A stretch of DNA of 64,000 bases from IMG/VR virus record IMGVR_UViG_3300023180_000017. One strand, written 5' to 3'. The notes under the pieces were generated by a model. That model ran no database searches. It saw nothing but the letters and a program-made list of their open reading frames with translations, and had not been told where the DNA came from. The stretch comes from a virus. Both the position numbers and the translations under genes were made by a program. Positions 55,645 through 64,000 of the stretch are shown here, piece after piece (position 1 is the stretch's first letter; each line of letters opens with the position of its first letter).

Positions 55645-56608
55645 AGAAGAGATTCCCGCAATTAACGAAAGTCTTAAAAAAACAAGACGAGCTGTTATTT
55701 GTTTTGGTTGCTCCTTTGCAGAGGGACAAGGCGCCGTGCCCTTTGAAATATATCAAAACTATGCACCACCTCAACAAGACTTTACTATGGTTTCCTGGAA
55801 CGATATGCCTTATGAGCACAAAAAGGAAATCGCAGATAAGTATGGGGCAGAACTTTGTCCATATGGTCCTTCTAAAGACAATGTCTTTATTAACATGGCT
55901 CCAATAGAAAGACAAAACAACTACAGTGGAATTTTATGTAGAGAATTTTTGGATGGATGGACTCACATCAATTTTGGTATGAGGGGTAATGGTAATAGAG
56001 CAAGTATTAATAATCTTTGGCACTATCCTGATCTTAGATTAGATCTTATAGATGAGGTTATTGTCATATACACTCCTGCAGGAATGGATCGATTTGATTT
56101 TGCTAGAAAAGACTTGCCAGATACAGGACACTTTACCCATACTACAATGTGGCCCCATAAGGATGCTCAACCTGAAGAAGATCCTAGAAAACCACTGTGG
56201 GATAGTTATGCGGAGTATCTTTACAGTCCAAGAATGGTTATCCAAGAACAAATATATAATATACATTACCTTATGTCTTGGATGAAGAATATTAAAAAAC
56301 ATCATTTTATAATGACTCCTGCATATGATAGAGCATACGATAGAGGTGTTTGGTTATCAAAATGGTATATTGAACAAGAAATGGTTGATATGTTCCCTTG
56401 GGAAGCACACTTTAGACCTGGGGGACATCACACATTTATAGAATATGTTGAAGCAACTGAGGGCTTACCTTTATTAGGTTATTGGGGACTAAACGGTAAA
56501 GGTTCGCCTAAAGGATATATAACACCCTGCTCGCATCCTGGCGTAGAAGGACACCGCGTATTCGCAAAAGCAATTTATGAGAAATTAAGAAATGAACAAA
56601 GAATATAA
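55637..56608 (+). CDS. SGNH/GDSL-like protein
   Basis: FGCSFAEG, NFG..G.GN and SHPG..GH motifs. Confidence 0.6.
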   Translation: MFKEEIPAINESLKKTRRAVICFGCSFAEGQGAVPFEIYQNYAPPQQDFTMVSWNDMPYEHKKEIADKYGAELCPYGPSKDNVFINMAPIERQNNYSGILCREFLDGWTHINFGMRGNGNRASINNLWHYPDLRLDLIDEVIVIYTPAGMDRFDFARKDLPDTGHFTHTTMWPHKDAQPEEDPRKPLWDSYAEYLYSPRMVIQEQIYNIHYLMSWMKNIKKHHFIMTPAYDRAYDRGVWLSKWYIEQEMVDMFPWEAHFRPGGHHTFIEYVEATEGLPLLGYWGLNGKGSPKGYITPCSHPGVEGHRVFAKAIYEKLRNEQRI

Positions 56609-57512
56609 CCCACATAGTTTTAATGATTTATTAGATATTATCCCCAATAAAAAGAGGGGAGAAGTTGGAGATAATAAAAGTTATTATATTAAACGTCCTT
56701 TTCCGGGATCTATATTATTGGAAAAAGATTTTCCCCTAACATTCAATCAGTCAATAACAAGAGATTCTTTTGAATGGTGTGTTGGTGATACTGAAGAGGA
56801 TTTTGAAACAAGATTAAAAGATGCACCTGAAGACTGGAAGTATAGAGAAGAAAAAGTTAATTATATTTTAAATTCAAGCGGTTTTAGAGCCCCTGACTGG
56901 AAAGATGTAGATTGGGGGAACTCCATAGTATTACTAGGATGTTCTTGTGTATATGGTGTTGGGATAGATGATAGTGAAACACTTGACAAGTTTCTATCCA
57001 AGGAGCTAGGGCACCCTGTAATTAACTTAGGTGTACCTGGTGGTTCTAACGAACTAATTTGTTTGATCTTAGCAAACTTATTAACCTACTTTAAAAAACC
57101 AAAAGCAATTTGTATTGGCTGGACAACAACAGATAGAGCAATCTATTATCAGAAAGGAATGCACTATAACGTTGGACCTTGGGATATAGCAGAATACCCA
57201 GCTAGGAGCAATGTTTCTTCAAACGGTATTAATAGAACAGAACAATACTTAACTTTATTTTTAGATCCATACAATGAGATTGGAAAGGCTAATCAATGGG
57301 GAAAATTTGCTAAAGTTATGTGTGGTGATATACCTGAGTTTCAATGGAGTTGGTTTCAGGAATCAGCCCACGCTACAAGATCAACTTTTGTTCCTTGGTT
57401 ATCTGAAGAACATGATAAATGGGCAAAGGCTAGAGATTGCCAACATCCTGGAACAAAAACTATGGAACATACAGCCAAAGCTTTGGCTATGAAGTTATCA
57501 CCTTTGTTATGA
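56592..57512 (+). CDS. SGNH/GDSL-like protein
   Basis: NSSGFR, LGCSCVYG, NLGVPGGSN and RDCQHPG motifs. Confidence 0.6.
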   Translation: MNKEYNPHSFNDLLDIIPNKKRGEVGDNKSYYIKRPFPGSILLEKDFPLTFNQSITRDSFEWCVGDTEEDFETRLKDAPEDWKYREEKVNYILNSSGFRAPDWKDVDWGNSIVLLGCSCVYGVGIDDSETLDKFLSKELGHPVINLGVPGGSNELICLILANLLTYFKKPKAICIGWTTTDRAIYYQKGMHYNVGPWDIAEYPARSNVSSNGINRTEQYLTLFLDPYNEIGKANQWGKFAKVMCGDIPEFQWSWFQESAHATRSTFVPWLSEEHDKWAKARDCQHPGTKTMEHTAKALAMKLSPLL

Positions 57513-58297
57513 TATTAGATGTACATCTAGGAAAAAATGCAGAGTACACATTATCTTATAATATGTTTGATAATCGTGTGGCAGAAAGAATATGGCAAAG
57601 ATTTAAGACATTTGATCAGGAGTTTGTAAGTAGAGAACAATTCCATAATTTAGGTGAAACAAAAGAACAAATAGAAAGTAATATGTATTCTTGTGTTGAT
57701 AAAATAAAAGAACTTTGTCCTGAGGTTTTTAAAGATGCAGATGATCTAAATACATTACATGTTAATTTTCCGGATATGATGAAAACAGCTCAAGGAGAAT
57801 TAAGGGAACAGTTAAGTTCTTTTAATTATTACTTACACCATTTAGAAGATTTTGAAAGAGGTAAGGTTAAAGATCCTTGGTTTTTGTTAGCTGCAAAAAA
57901 TGATGACGGCGAACCTTTACAAGATGAAGATTATAAAATGTTCAATCCAATATACATGAAAGATCATCTTTATATGAACTATCCTCATATAGGAAAACAT
58001 TTATTAGAAATATATTATGATCAAGATTTAGATGTGCCTAAGGAACATATCAAACCCACAAGTCTACTTAAGAACACATTGGTTTGTTGGTTGGGAAGAG
58101 ATGGAAAGCCTTGGAGAAGGGAGGCATTAACAAATAAAGTCAAAAATTATTGTAAGCAAATACAAGATAAATTGCCTTATGATATAGATGATAAACGTTT
58201 GGCTATAGGACACTTAGGATTGGGAAAACTAAATCACAAACCAGACTTATTGGCAGTATATAAATATCAGTATGTTCATAGCGTAACAGTACGCTAA
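57509..58297 (+). CDS. Hypothetical protein
   Basis: ATGA coupling; LN.LH..F and LYMNY..IGK motifs. Confidence 0.65.
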   Translation: MILDVHLGKNAEYTLSYNMFDNRVAERIWQRFKTFDQEFVSREQFHNLGETKEQIESNMYSCVDKIKELCPEVFKDADDLNTLHVNFPDMMKTAQGELREQLSSFNYYLHHLEDFERGKVKDPWFLLAAKNDDGEPLQDEDYKMFNPIYMKDHLYMNYPHIGKHLLEIYYDQDLDVPKEHIKPTSLLKNTLVCWLGRDGKPWRREALTNKVKNYCKQIQDKLPYDIDDKRLAIGHLGLGKLNHKPDLLAVYKYQYVHSVTVR

Positions 58298-58301
58298 TTT
58301 C

Positions 58302-58330
58302 TTGACAAATGAATAAAAAGGAGTTATAAT
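58302..58330 (+). promoter_or_regulatory. sigma70-type promoter
   Basis: TTGACA-N17-TATAAT. Confidence 0.8.
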
Positions 58331-58367
58331 GAATAAAGAAAACAACTATAAAGACAAACAAAAGGAT

Positions 58368-58496
58368 ATGACAGAATTAAATTCTGACGGCAATCCTGGA
58401 GTTGGTGAAGAGGGTGAAACTCTTGATGCTGAACAAGAAGCAATTAGAAAGCGAATTGAAGAATTAAGAAAAAGAGATCCTTTTATATACGAGTAA
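58368..58496 (+). CDS. Small peptide (absent from ORF track)
   Basis: AAGGA SD; 42 aa ending RIEELRKRDPFIYE. Confidence 0.6.
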   Translation: MTELNSDGNPGVGEEGETLDAEQEAIRKRIEELRKRDPFIYE

Positions 58497-58499
58497 ATT

Positions 58500-60005
58500 A
58501 TGAGTGATTATGATGTCTCTGCAGATGTAGCTGAGAGACAACTGCGAAACATTTCTAAAACTATGTGCTATGCTAAATGGGCACAAGTTTCCTTGCATTT
58601 AACAAATGGCAGAACACATAGCTGCTATCACCCACCTACACACGCAATAGACGTTAAAGAAATACAAGACAATCCGTCAGCACTTCACAACACAAAACAG
58701 AAAAAAGAAGAACGTAAGATGATGCTTGAAGGAAAGCGTCCTGAGGGTTGTTCATATTGTTGGAAGATTGAGGACGTTGGCGGAAGAAGCGATAGAATCT
58801 ATAGAAGTGGTGAGTATTGGGCACAAAATGCTAGGAAGGATATTATACAAGCATTGAATGTTGATGACATCAATCCTCGTTATGTTGAGGTTAATTTTAA
58901 TCAAGCATGTAACTTTAAATGTTCGTATTGTTCTCCACATTTATCCAATACGTGGGAAAAAGAAATAAAACAACACGGGCCTTATCATGTTTTAGATGAT
59001 AAAGGACAGCCAACAAAACATAATGACACTTCTCACTTAATAGATTTAATGCCTATTAAAGAGGCACAGGATGACAATCCATATATTCAGGCTTTTTGGA
59101 AATGGTGGCCCGAGCTTTATAAGACACTAGAAGTTTTTAGAATGACCGGGGGAGAACCATTAATGGACTCCAATACTTTTAAGGTATTAGATTACATTTA
59201 TGAAAATCCTAATGCTTGGTTAGAAGTTAGTGTTACAAGCAACATGTGTCCTCCTAAAGATAAATTGATGGACAAGTTTATTGAAAAACTTAGAAAGCTA
59301 GAAGAGATACAAATTTGGAAAAGTGAACGTTGGAACCCAGGTTCAGGTAATAATTGGTATGTGAACATGGCTGTTAAAAACTTTGCAGTGTTTGTTAGTT
59401 TAGATGGAGCCGGCAAACAAGCAGAGTATATTAGAAATGGTATGGATTATAATCTATTACAGGACAACGTTGAAAGAGTAATGTCAGAGACATGCAATAC
59501 AACTTTAACCTTTATTAATACTTTTAATAGCCTCAGTTTAACTAGCTTTAAAGAATTTTTGGAGTATATTTTAGAATTAAGAACGGCATATAGTCGAGAA
59601 AACCAGGGAGTTAAATATATTCCTATCTATGATCAATACAATACACATCCAGATTATGAAATACACCCCAGACAAAGAATATGGTTTGATGTTCCTCTAT
59701 TGAGAAACCCTTCTTGGCAATGTATTAATACTCTACCACAAGAGTTTGAGATATATTTAGAAGAAGCTATTAAGTTTATGGAGGAAAATTCTAATGTGGA
59801 TAACTTTGCAGGATTTTATGATTTTGAAATTGCAAAGGTTAAAAGAAACTTAGAGTGGATGAGAGAAAATAATATTTCTCAAGAAGATGCTGTTGTTGCT
59901 AGAAAAAACTTAGTTAGATTTTTTACACAGCATGATCAAAGAAGAGACACAGATTTTTTAGAGGTGTTTCCAGAGTTCACTGATTTATGGAGAAAATATC
60001 AATGA
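58500..60005 (+). CDS. Radical SAM protein with N-terminal Twitch-like domain (paralogue of 51041)
   Basis: CYAKW...HSC...GCSYCW; CNFKCSYC; TGGEP. Confidence 0.88.
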   Translation: MSDYDVSADVAERQLRNISKTMCYAKWAQVSLHLTNGRTHSCYHPPTHAIDVKEIQDNPSALHNTKQKKEERKMMLEGKRPEGCSYCWKIEDVGGRSDRIYRSGEYWAQNARKDIIQALNVDDINPRYVEVNFNQACNFKCSYCSPHLSNTWEKEIKQHGPYHVLDDKGQPTKHNDTSHLIDLMPIKEAQDDNPYIQAFWKWWPELYKTLEVFRMTGGEPLMDSNTFKVLDYIYENPNAWLEVSVTSNMCPPKDKLMDKFIEKLRKLEEIQIWKSERWNPGSGNNWYVNMAVKNFAVFVSLDGAGKQAEYIRNGMDYNLLQDNVERVMSETCNTTLTFINTFNSLSLTSFKEFLEYILELRTAYSRENQGVKYIPIYDQYNTHPDYEIHPRQRIWFDVPLLRNPSWQCINTLPQEFEIYLEEAIKFMEENSNVDNFAGFYDFEIAKVKRNLEWMRENNISQEDAVVARKNLVRFFTQHDQRRDTDFLEVFPEFTDLWRKYQ

Positions 60006-61438
60006 TAGAATGGGGCGTAGCAGCAGGCACGCATGACGGTTCTCTTACAGTAGTTAAGGACGATGAGATCGTATTTGCATCTCATTCGGAAAGATACAGT
60101 AGAGTTAAAAACGATAAAGATTTAAATAATGTTATTGTAAAGGATGCACTAAAGTTTGGGTATCCTGATAAAATACATTGGTACGAAGATCCTAGTTGGA
60201 AGTTTTTAAGAAAAGTTTATGCTGGACAGAAAAACAGATGGTTAAATCCTGCAGTTTACATGAAACAATATGGCATTACAAAAACAAAAATTGAATGGGG
60301 TGATCATCACAAATCCCACGCAGCGGCAGGCTACTATACTTCTAAATTTGATAAAGCAGCAATATTAGTAATAGATGCTATAGGAGAATTTACAACCACT
60401 TCTATATGGCAAGCCAACGGCAATAAAATGAAATGTAAAAAACGTTGGTATTACCCAAAGTCATTGGGATTGATGTATTCTGCATTTACTGATAGGGTAG
60501 GGCTAAAGGCAAACGAAGACGAATATATTTTAATGGGTATGGCTGCTTACGGAGACCCTAATAAGTATTATAAAGACGTTGAATATCTTTGGAATTCTGG
60601 ATTAAATTTTCATAGGGGCATTAGGCCTTGGCGTGCTGAGTTATATACAGAACAAGAATATTTTGACATTGCCGCTTCTGTACAAAAATTTTATGAATTT
60701 AAATTTACAGCGTTATTAAAAGAAACAAAGAAAATAACAGGCGAGAAAAACATTGTTGTAATGGGAGGGTGTGCTTTAAATTGTTTGGCCAACAGATTGA
60801 TATCACAATATTTTGATGAAAGTTGGATTATGCCTAACCCAGGTGATGCTGGTTCATCTTTGGGTGCTATACTAGCAAACAAAGGAGAAAAAATAAATTG
60901 GCAAGGTCCTTATCTAGGTTACAACATTGAGGGGGAATATCCTGTAAGTGAAGTTTTGGAAGAATTGGTTACCACTGGGATCTGCGGGGTGGCAAACGGC
61001 CGTGCTGAATTTGGGCCTCGTGCTTTGGGCAATCGCTCTCTGCTCGCTGATCCTAGAGGCATGGAAATGAAAGATAAAGTAAACAAGATTAAAAACAGAC
61101 AAGAGTATAGACCCTTTGCTCCTGTTATTAGACTTGAAGATGTTCACAAAGAATTTAATGTTGAGGAAGGATTTAAGTCTCCATATATGCAATATATTGT
61201 AACTGCAAAGAGACCTAAAAAGTATCCTGCTATTGTTCATCAAGACGGAACTAGCAGAGTTCAAACAGTTACAAAGGATGAGAATCCAGGGCTTTATAAG
61301 TTATTAACAAAGTGGAAAACTAAAACAAGATGTCCTATGTTGTTGAATACAAGTTTGAATATCAAAGGACAACCTATTGTAAACACTAAAGCTGATGCTA
61401 TAGAATTTGAGAAACATTACAAAGTAAAAGTTTTTTAA
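60002..61438 (+). CDS. Carbamoyltransferase (NodU/CmcH family)
   Basis: HD, ERYSR.K, HHKSHA, GGCALN, EFGPRALGNRS and LNTSLN motifs. Confidence 0.93.
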   Translation: MIEWGVAAGTHDGSLTVVKDDEIVFASHSERYSRVKNDKDLNNVIVKDALKFGYPDKIHWYEDPSWKFLRKVYAGQKNRWLNPAVYMKQYGITKTKIEWGDHHKSHAAAGYYTSKFDKAAILVIDAIGEFTTTSIWQANGNKMKCKKRWYYPKSLGLMYSAFTDRVGLKANEDEYILMGMAAYGDPNKYYKDVEYLWNSGLNFHRGIRPWRAELYTEQEYFDIAASVQKFYEFKFTALLKETKKITGEKNIVVMGGCALNCLANRLISQYFDESWIMPNPGDAGSSLGAILANKGEKINWQGPYLGYNIEGEYPVSEVLEELVTTGICGVANGRAEFGPRALGNRSLLADPRGMEMKDKVNKIKNRQEYRPFAPVIRLEDVHKEFNVEEGFKSPYMQYIVTAKRPKKYPAIVHQDGTSRVQTVTKDENPGLYKLLTKWKTKTRCPMLLNTSLNIKGQPIVNTKADAIEFEKHYKVKVF

Positions 61439-61498
61439 AATTATTTTTCAAATATATTTATAAGCATTTTACAATTTTTGAAAGAAATAAATAATTTT

Positions 61499-61798
61499 AT
61501 GGGACAAGTATTAAAGTTTAAACCGGTACGGGCAAAAGAGATTCCGAAAAAGATTATCGGGTATCGGATGTCTTTCTATACTGAGGAACAAATAGACTTA
61601 GCTTTACTTGCTCTCAACATGTTTGGATTTAGAGAACTTAGGTACACAAGACAAACACTGAAGGGTGTTGAACCTAACTATATAAAACAGTGCTTACAAA
61701 AATTAAGGCATACAAGATTGTTATCTCATACAGCCTTAGAACTTTTAAAAACAATTTTAGAAAATATTGAAGAAATATATGACGAGAAGACAGGTTAA
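61499..61798 (+). CDS. Hypothetical protein
   Basis: MGQVLKFKP start. Confidence 0.6.
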   Translation: MGQVLKFKPVRAKEIPKKIIGYRMSFYTEEQIDLALLALNMFGFRELRYTRQTLKGVEPNYIKQCLQKLRHTRLLSHTALELLKTILENIEEIYDEKTG

Positions 61799-62112
61799 TG
61801 CCAATATATAATTTTATTAATAACGAAACCGGCGAAGTCGAAGAACATTGGATGAGCTGGAAAGACAAAGAACAATTTTTAGTAGACAATCCTAATATGG
61901 AGTCTATTATATTAAAGGCCCCCGGTCTCGTACAAGCAACAGGAGATCGTACAAAGCCACCATCGGGTTTTAAGGATGTTTTATCAAAGGTAGCCGAAGC
62001 TAACCCAACCAGCGACCTAGCTAATACTTGGGGTAAAAAGGATGCCAAGTCTGCGAAAGTGAGAGAAGTAACTAATAAACTTAAGAAGAAATTAGGCAAT
62101 TCTTCAGAGTAA
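61798..62112 (+). CDS. FmdB-like small protein (Cys-less), typical phoH neighbour
   Basis: MPIYNF.N.ETGE...GFKDVL. Confidence 0.6.
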   Translation: MPIYNFINNETGEVEEHWMSWKDKEQFLVDNPNMESIILKAPGLVQATGDRTKPPSGFKDVLSKVAEANPTSDLANTWGKKDAKSAKVREVTNKLKKKLGNSSE

Positions 62113-62155
62113 AGGAAAGAGTTATAAACAACTCTTATAACAACAACGTAAACTG

Positions 62156-62190
62156 AGGCGACATAGTCTAGTGCTTTGTCGCCTTTCTTT
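62156..62190 (+). terminator. Terminator-like hairpin in the phoH leader
   Basis: AGGCGACA...TGTCGCCT followed by TTCTTT. Confidence 0.6.
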
Positions 62191-62212
62191 CATAACCTAG
62201 ACGGAGATCCAG

Positions 62213-62965
62213 ATGCCGAAAAGAAAACCACTTTCAGTCGTTCCTAATAATGATATAAGAAGAGAACCCCCTGTCAACAATCATTGTAAGATGAAAATTG
62301 ATGACATGGCAACATTCGATGCAATGACTGAAACGCAAGGACAATTTTTCTCATTATACAAACATCAAGACGCTTTTTTATTACACGGCTGCGCAGGAAC
62401 AGGTAAAACATTTATTGCCTTGTACCGAGCATTAGAACAAGTCTTGATGAAAGGTACATCTAACAATAAAGTAGTCATTGTTAGATCCGCAGTACCTTCT
62501 AGAGAGATTGGGCACTTACCTGGTGATCAAGAGGAAAAAACAGAAGTATACACATTGCCATATCAACAAATGTGTAAGGACTTTTTTCCTCAAAAAGAAA
62601 AACCTTATCAAAGATTGTTAGAGCAAAAGCATTTAGAGTTTATGTGTACATCTTTTGTTAGAGGTATTACATTAGACAATGCCATTATTATTGTTGACGA
62701 ATGTCAGAATATGAATGACATGGAAATCAACTCTATAATGACTAGGCTAGGACACAATTCTAAGATTATCTTTTGCGGTGATTTTAGGCAGACAGACTTA
62801 TACAAAAGAAACGATATGTCTGGACTAAAGAAGTTTATTCAAATTGCAGAGAATATGCCGTCCTTTAATCTATTAGAATTTACACCTGAGGACATTGTGA
62901 GATCTGATATGGTTAGAGAATATATTGAAGCAAGAATGGCATACGAAGATGCTCATGAGACTTGA
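62213..62965 (+). CDS. phoH: PhoH-family ATPase
   Basis: GCAGTGKT, GHLPG, RGIT, DECQN and GDFRQTD motifs. Confidence 0.93.
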   Translation: MPKRKPLSVVPNNDIRREPPVNNHCKMKIDDMATFDAMTETQGQFFSLYKHQDAFLLHGCAGTGKTFIALYRALEQVLMKGTSNNKVVIVRSAVPSREIGHLPGDQEEKTEVYTLPYQQMCKDFFPQKEKPYQRLLEQKHLEFMCTSFVRGITLDNAIIIVDECQNMNDMEINSIMTRLGHNSKIIFCGDFRQTDLYKRNDMSGLKKFIQIAENMPSFNLLEFTPEDIVRSDMVREYIEARMAYEDAHET

Positions 62966-62990
62966 CATATAAATAAAAAGAGTATATAAT
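62962..62990 (+). promoter_or_regulatory. sigma70 promoter with a nested late promoter
   Basis: TTGACA-N17-TATAAT; TATAAATA at 62968-62975 inside the spacer. Confidence 0.75.
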
Positions 62991-63013
62991 TATTTTTTTA
63001 GGATGGGTAAAAT

Positions 63014-63622
63014 ATGAAAGCATTGCTTCTTGGGTGTGGGTCTAAGTCTGGATTGTACTTAGCCCACGCCCTAAAAGAATATTACAATGAACTGCACATT
63101 GTTACAAGTTCTGATCCAGATATACAAGCTAAGATAATTAAAGTCAATTGGCAGGATATTTGTATTGAGGAATTGTTACAAGAGCTTGATAGTGAATACG
63201 ATTTAGTTTATTATAATCAAAACTGTTGGGGAGGACCTAATCAAGGAGCCTTCGATGCCTTTATTGCTTTAGAACAAGAATGGACAACAGGACTGTCAAT
63301 AAACTGCTACTTGCCGTATCGTATATCACGTGAAATAAAATCTGATAAAACTATTTGGGTGACCTCTCCCTTTACAAGAATAAAAAATAGGGAATCGTTT
63401 GGTGGTAGTGAAATGGCAGGGTATGCTAGCTATAAATCTACTATAATGCACCTTATGTTTTCTTTTGCGAAACATTCGGAAGGCATACATGTTGGTTACG
63501 AGCCACATCGTGTTACTTTACATGAGAATTATGCCAAACATGTTGCTAAAGTTTTATTTGAATTGGATGAAGAATTCAACGGCAAGGTCATCAACGAAAC
63601 CAAAAGTATAATGGAAGTATAA
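63014..63622 (+). CDS. Short-chain dehydrogenase/reductase-like protein
   Basis: LLGCGSKSG Rossmann start; YASYK (YxxxK). Confidence 0.6.
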   Translation: MKALLLGCGSKSGLYLAHALKEYYNELHIVTSSDPDIQAKIIKVNWQDICIEELLQELDSEYDLVYYNQNCWGGPNQGAFDAFIALEQEWTTGLSINCYLPYRISREIKSDKTIWVTSPFTRIKNRESFGGSEMAGYASYKSTIMHLMFSFAKHSEGIHVGYEPHRVTLHENYAKHVAKVLFELDEEFNGKVINETKSIMEV

Positions 63623-64000
63623 TGTGGGAATATGATAAAATAACGTCTTTGAACATTGAAGCATCTAGTCTCTGTAATGCCGAATGTCTTTTTTGTGCTA
63701 GATTTGAGGATCGAGGTTCTCCAAATTTAAATCCTAATATAACACTAACCTATATTAAAGCAGAAGACTTTAAAAATTGGCTATCTATAGAATTTCTTTC
63801 AAAGATCAATCACATAACATTTTCTGGGGATTACGGAGACCCTATGACAAACCCAGAAATTATAGAAATACTAGAATATATCTTTGAAGCCAATCCAACA
63901 ATGGTTGTAAATTTATGTACCAACGGTGGAATGAAAAATACTGATTTTTGGACAAAACTTGGCAATGTAATGAAAAAAGATTCTAGACGTACTGTTACAT
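63622..64000 (+). CDS. Radical SAM protein (partial, runs off the window)
   Basis: Manual translation: EASSLCNAECLFCAR...SGDYGDP...TNGG. Confidence 0.85.
   Translation, partial: MWEYDKITSLNIEASSLCNAECLFCARFEDRGSPNLNPNITLTYIKAEDFKNWLSIEFLSKINHITFSGDYGDPMTNPEIIEILEYIFEANPTMVVNLCTNGGMKNTDFWTKLGNVMKKDSRRTVT

Noticed and set aside
1-64000. Stop-codon reassignment or alternative genetic code
   Set aside because: Core genes are full length in the standard code, TAA, TAG and TGA all terminate genes, and no suppressor tRNA is seen.

Overview
A 64-kb segment of a large, AT-rich, T4-like (myovirus-type) bacteriophage genome, probably aquatic or marine. Canonical sigma70 promoters and IHF-like sites suggest a proteobacterial host (inference). 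The T4-like call rests on a gp61-type primase, T4-type RNase H, class Ia nrdA/nrdB, thyX, dCMP deaminase, phoH, tRNA-Thr(TGT), about 14 TTGAC(A/T)-like-N16/17-TATAAT promoters and repeated T4 late promoters (TATAAATA). Almost all genes are on the + strand. Two minus-strand islands (31.5-33.4 kb and 45.6-49.4 kb) each have their own minus-strand late promoter. The accessory content is dominated by glycan or small-molecule tailoring enzymes: four glycosyltransferases, sulfotransferases, FkbM and other methyltransferases, a NodU-type carbamoyltransferase, an NDP-sugar epimerase, six SGNH-like paralogues, four radical SAM enzymes and two QueC-like proteins. The strongest candidates for undescribed biology are: (1) a His-rich ligase-fold (KxDG) protein plus an HxGH-type nucleotidyltransferase, both carrying capsid-targeting-like peptides, which may be a virion-injected nucleotide-transfer system; (2) a GT-B glycosyltransferase ending in a sliding-clamp-binding-like peptide, a candidate replication-coupled DNA modifier; (3) a late three-gene operon of exported proteins (Asn/Thr-rich, nidogen-like with nine Cys repeats, and a TM coiled coil); (4) a promoter subclass with a conserved TGGT box upstream of -35; and (5) an H-type pseudoknot overlapping a partial tRNA duplicate. 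All family calls come from motif recognition by eye; no searches were run.
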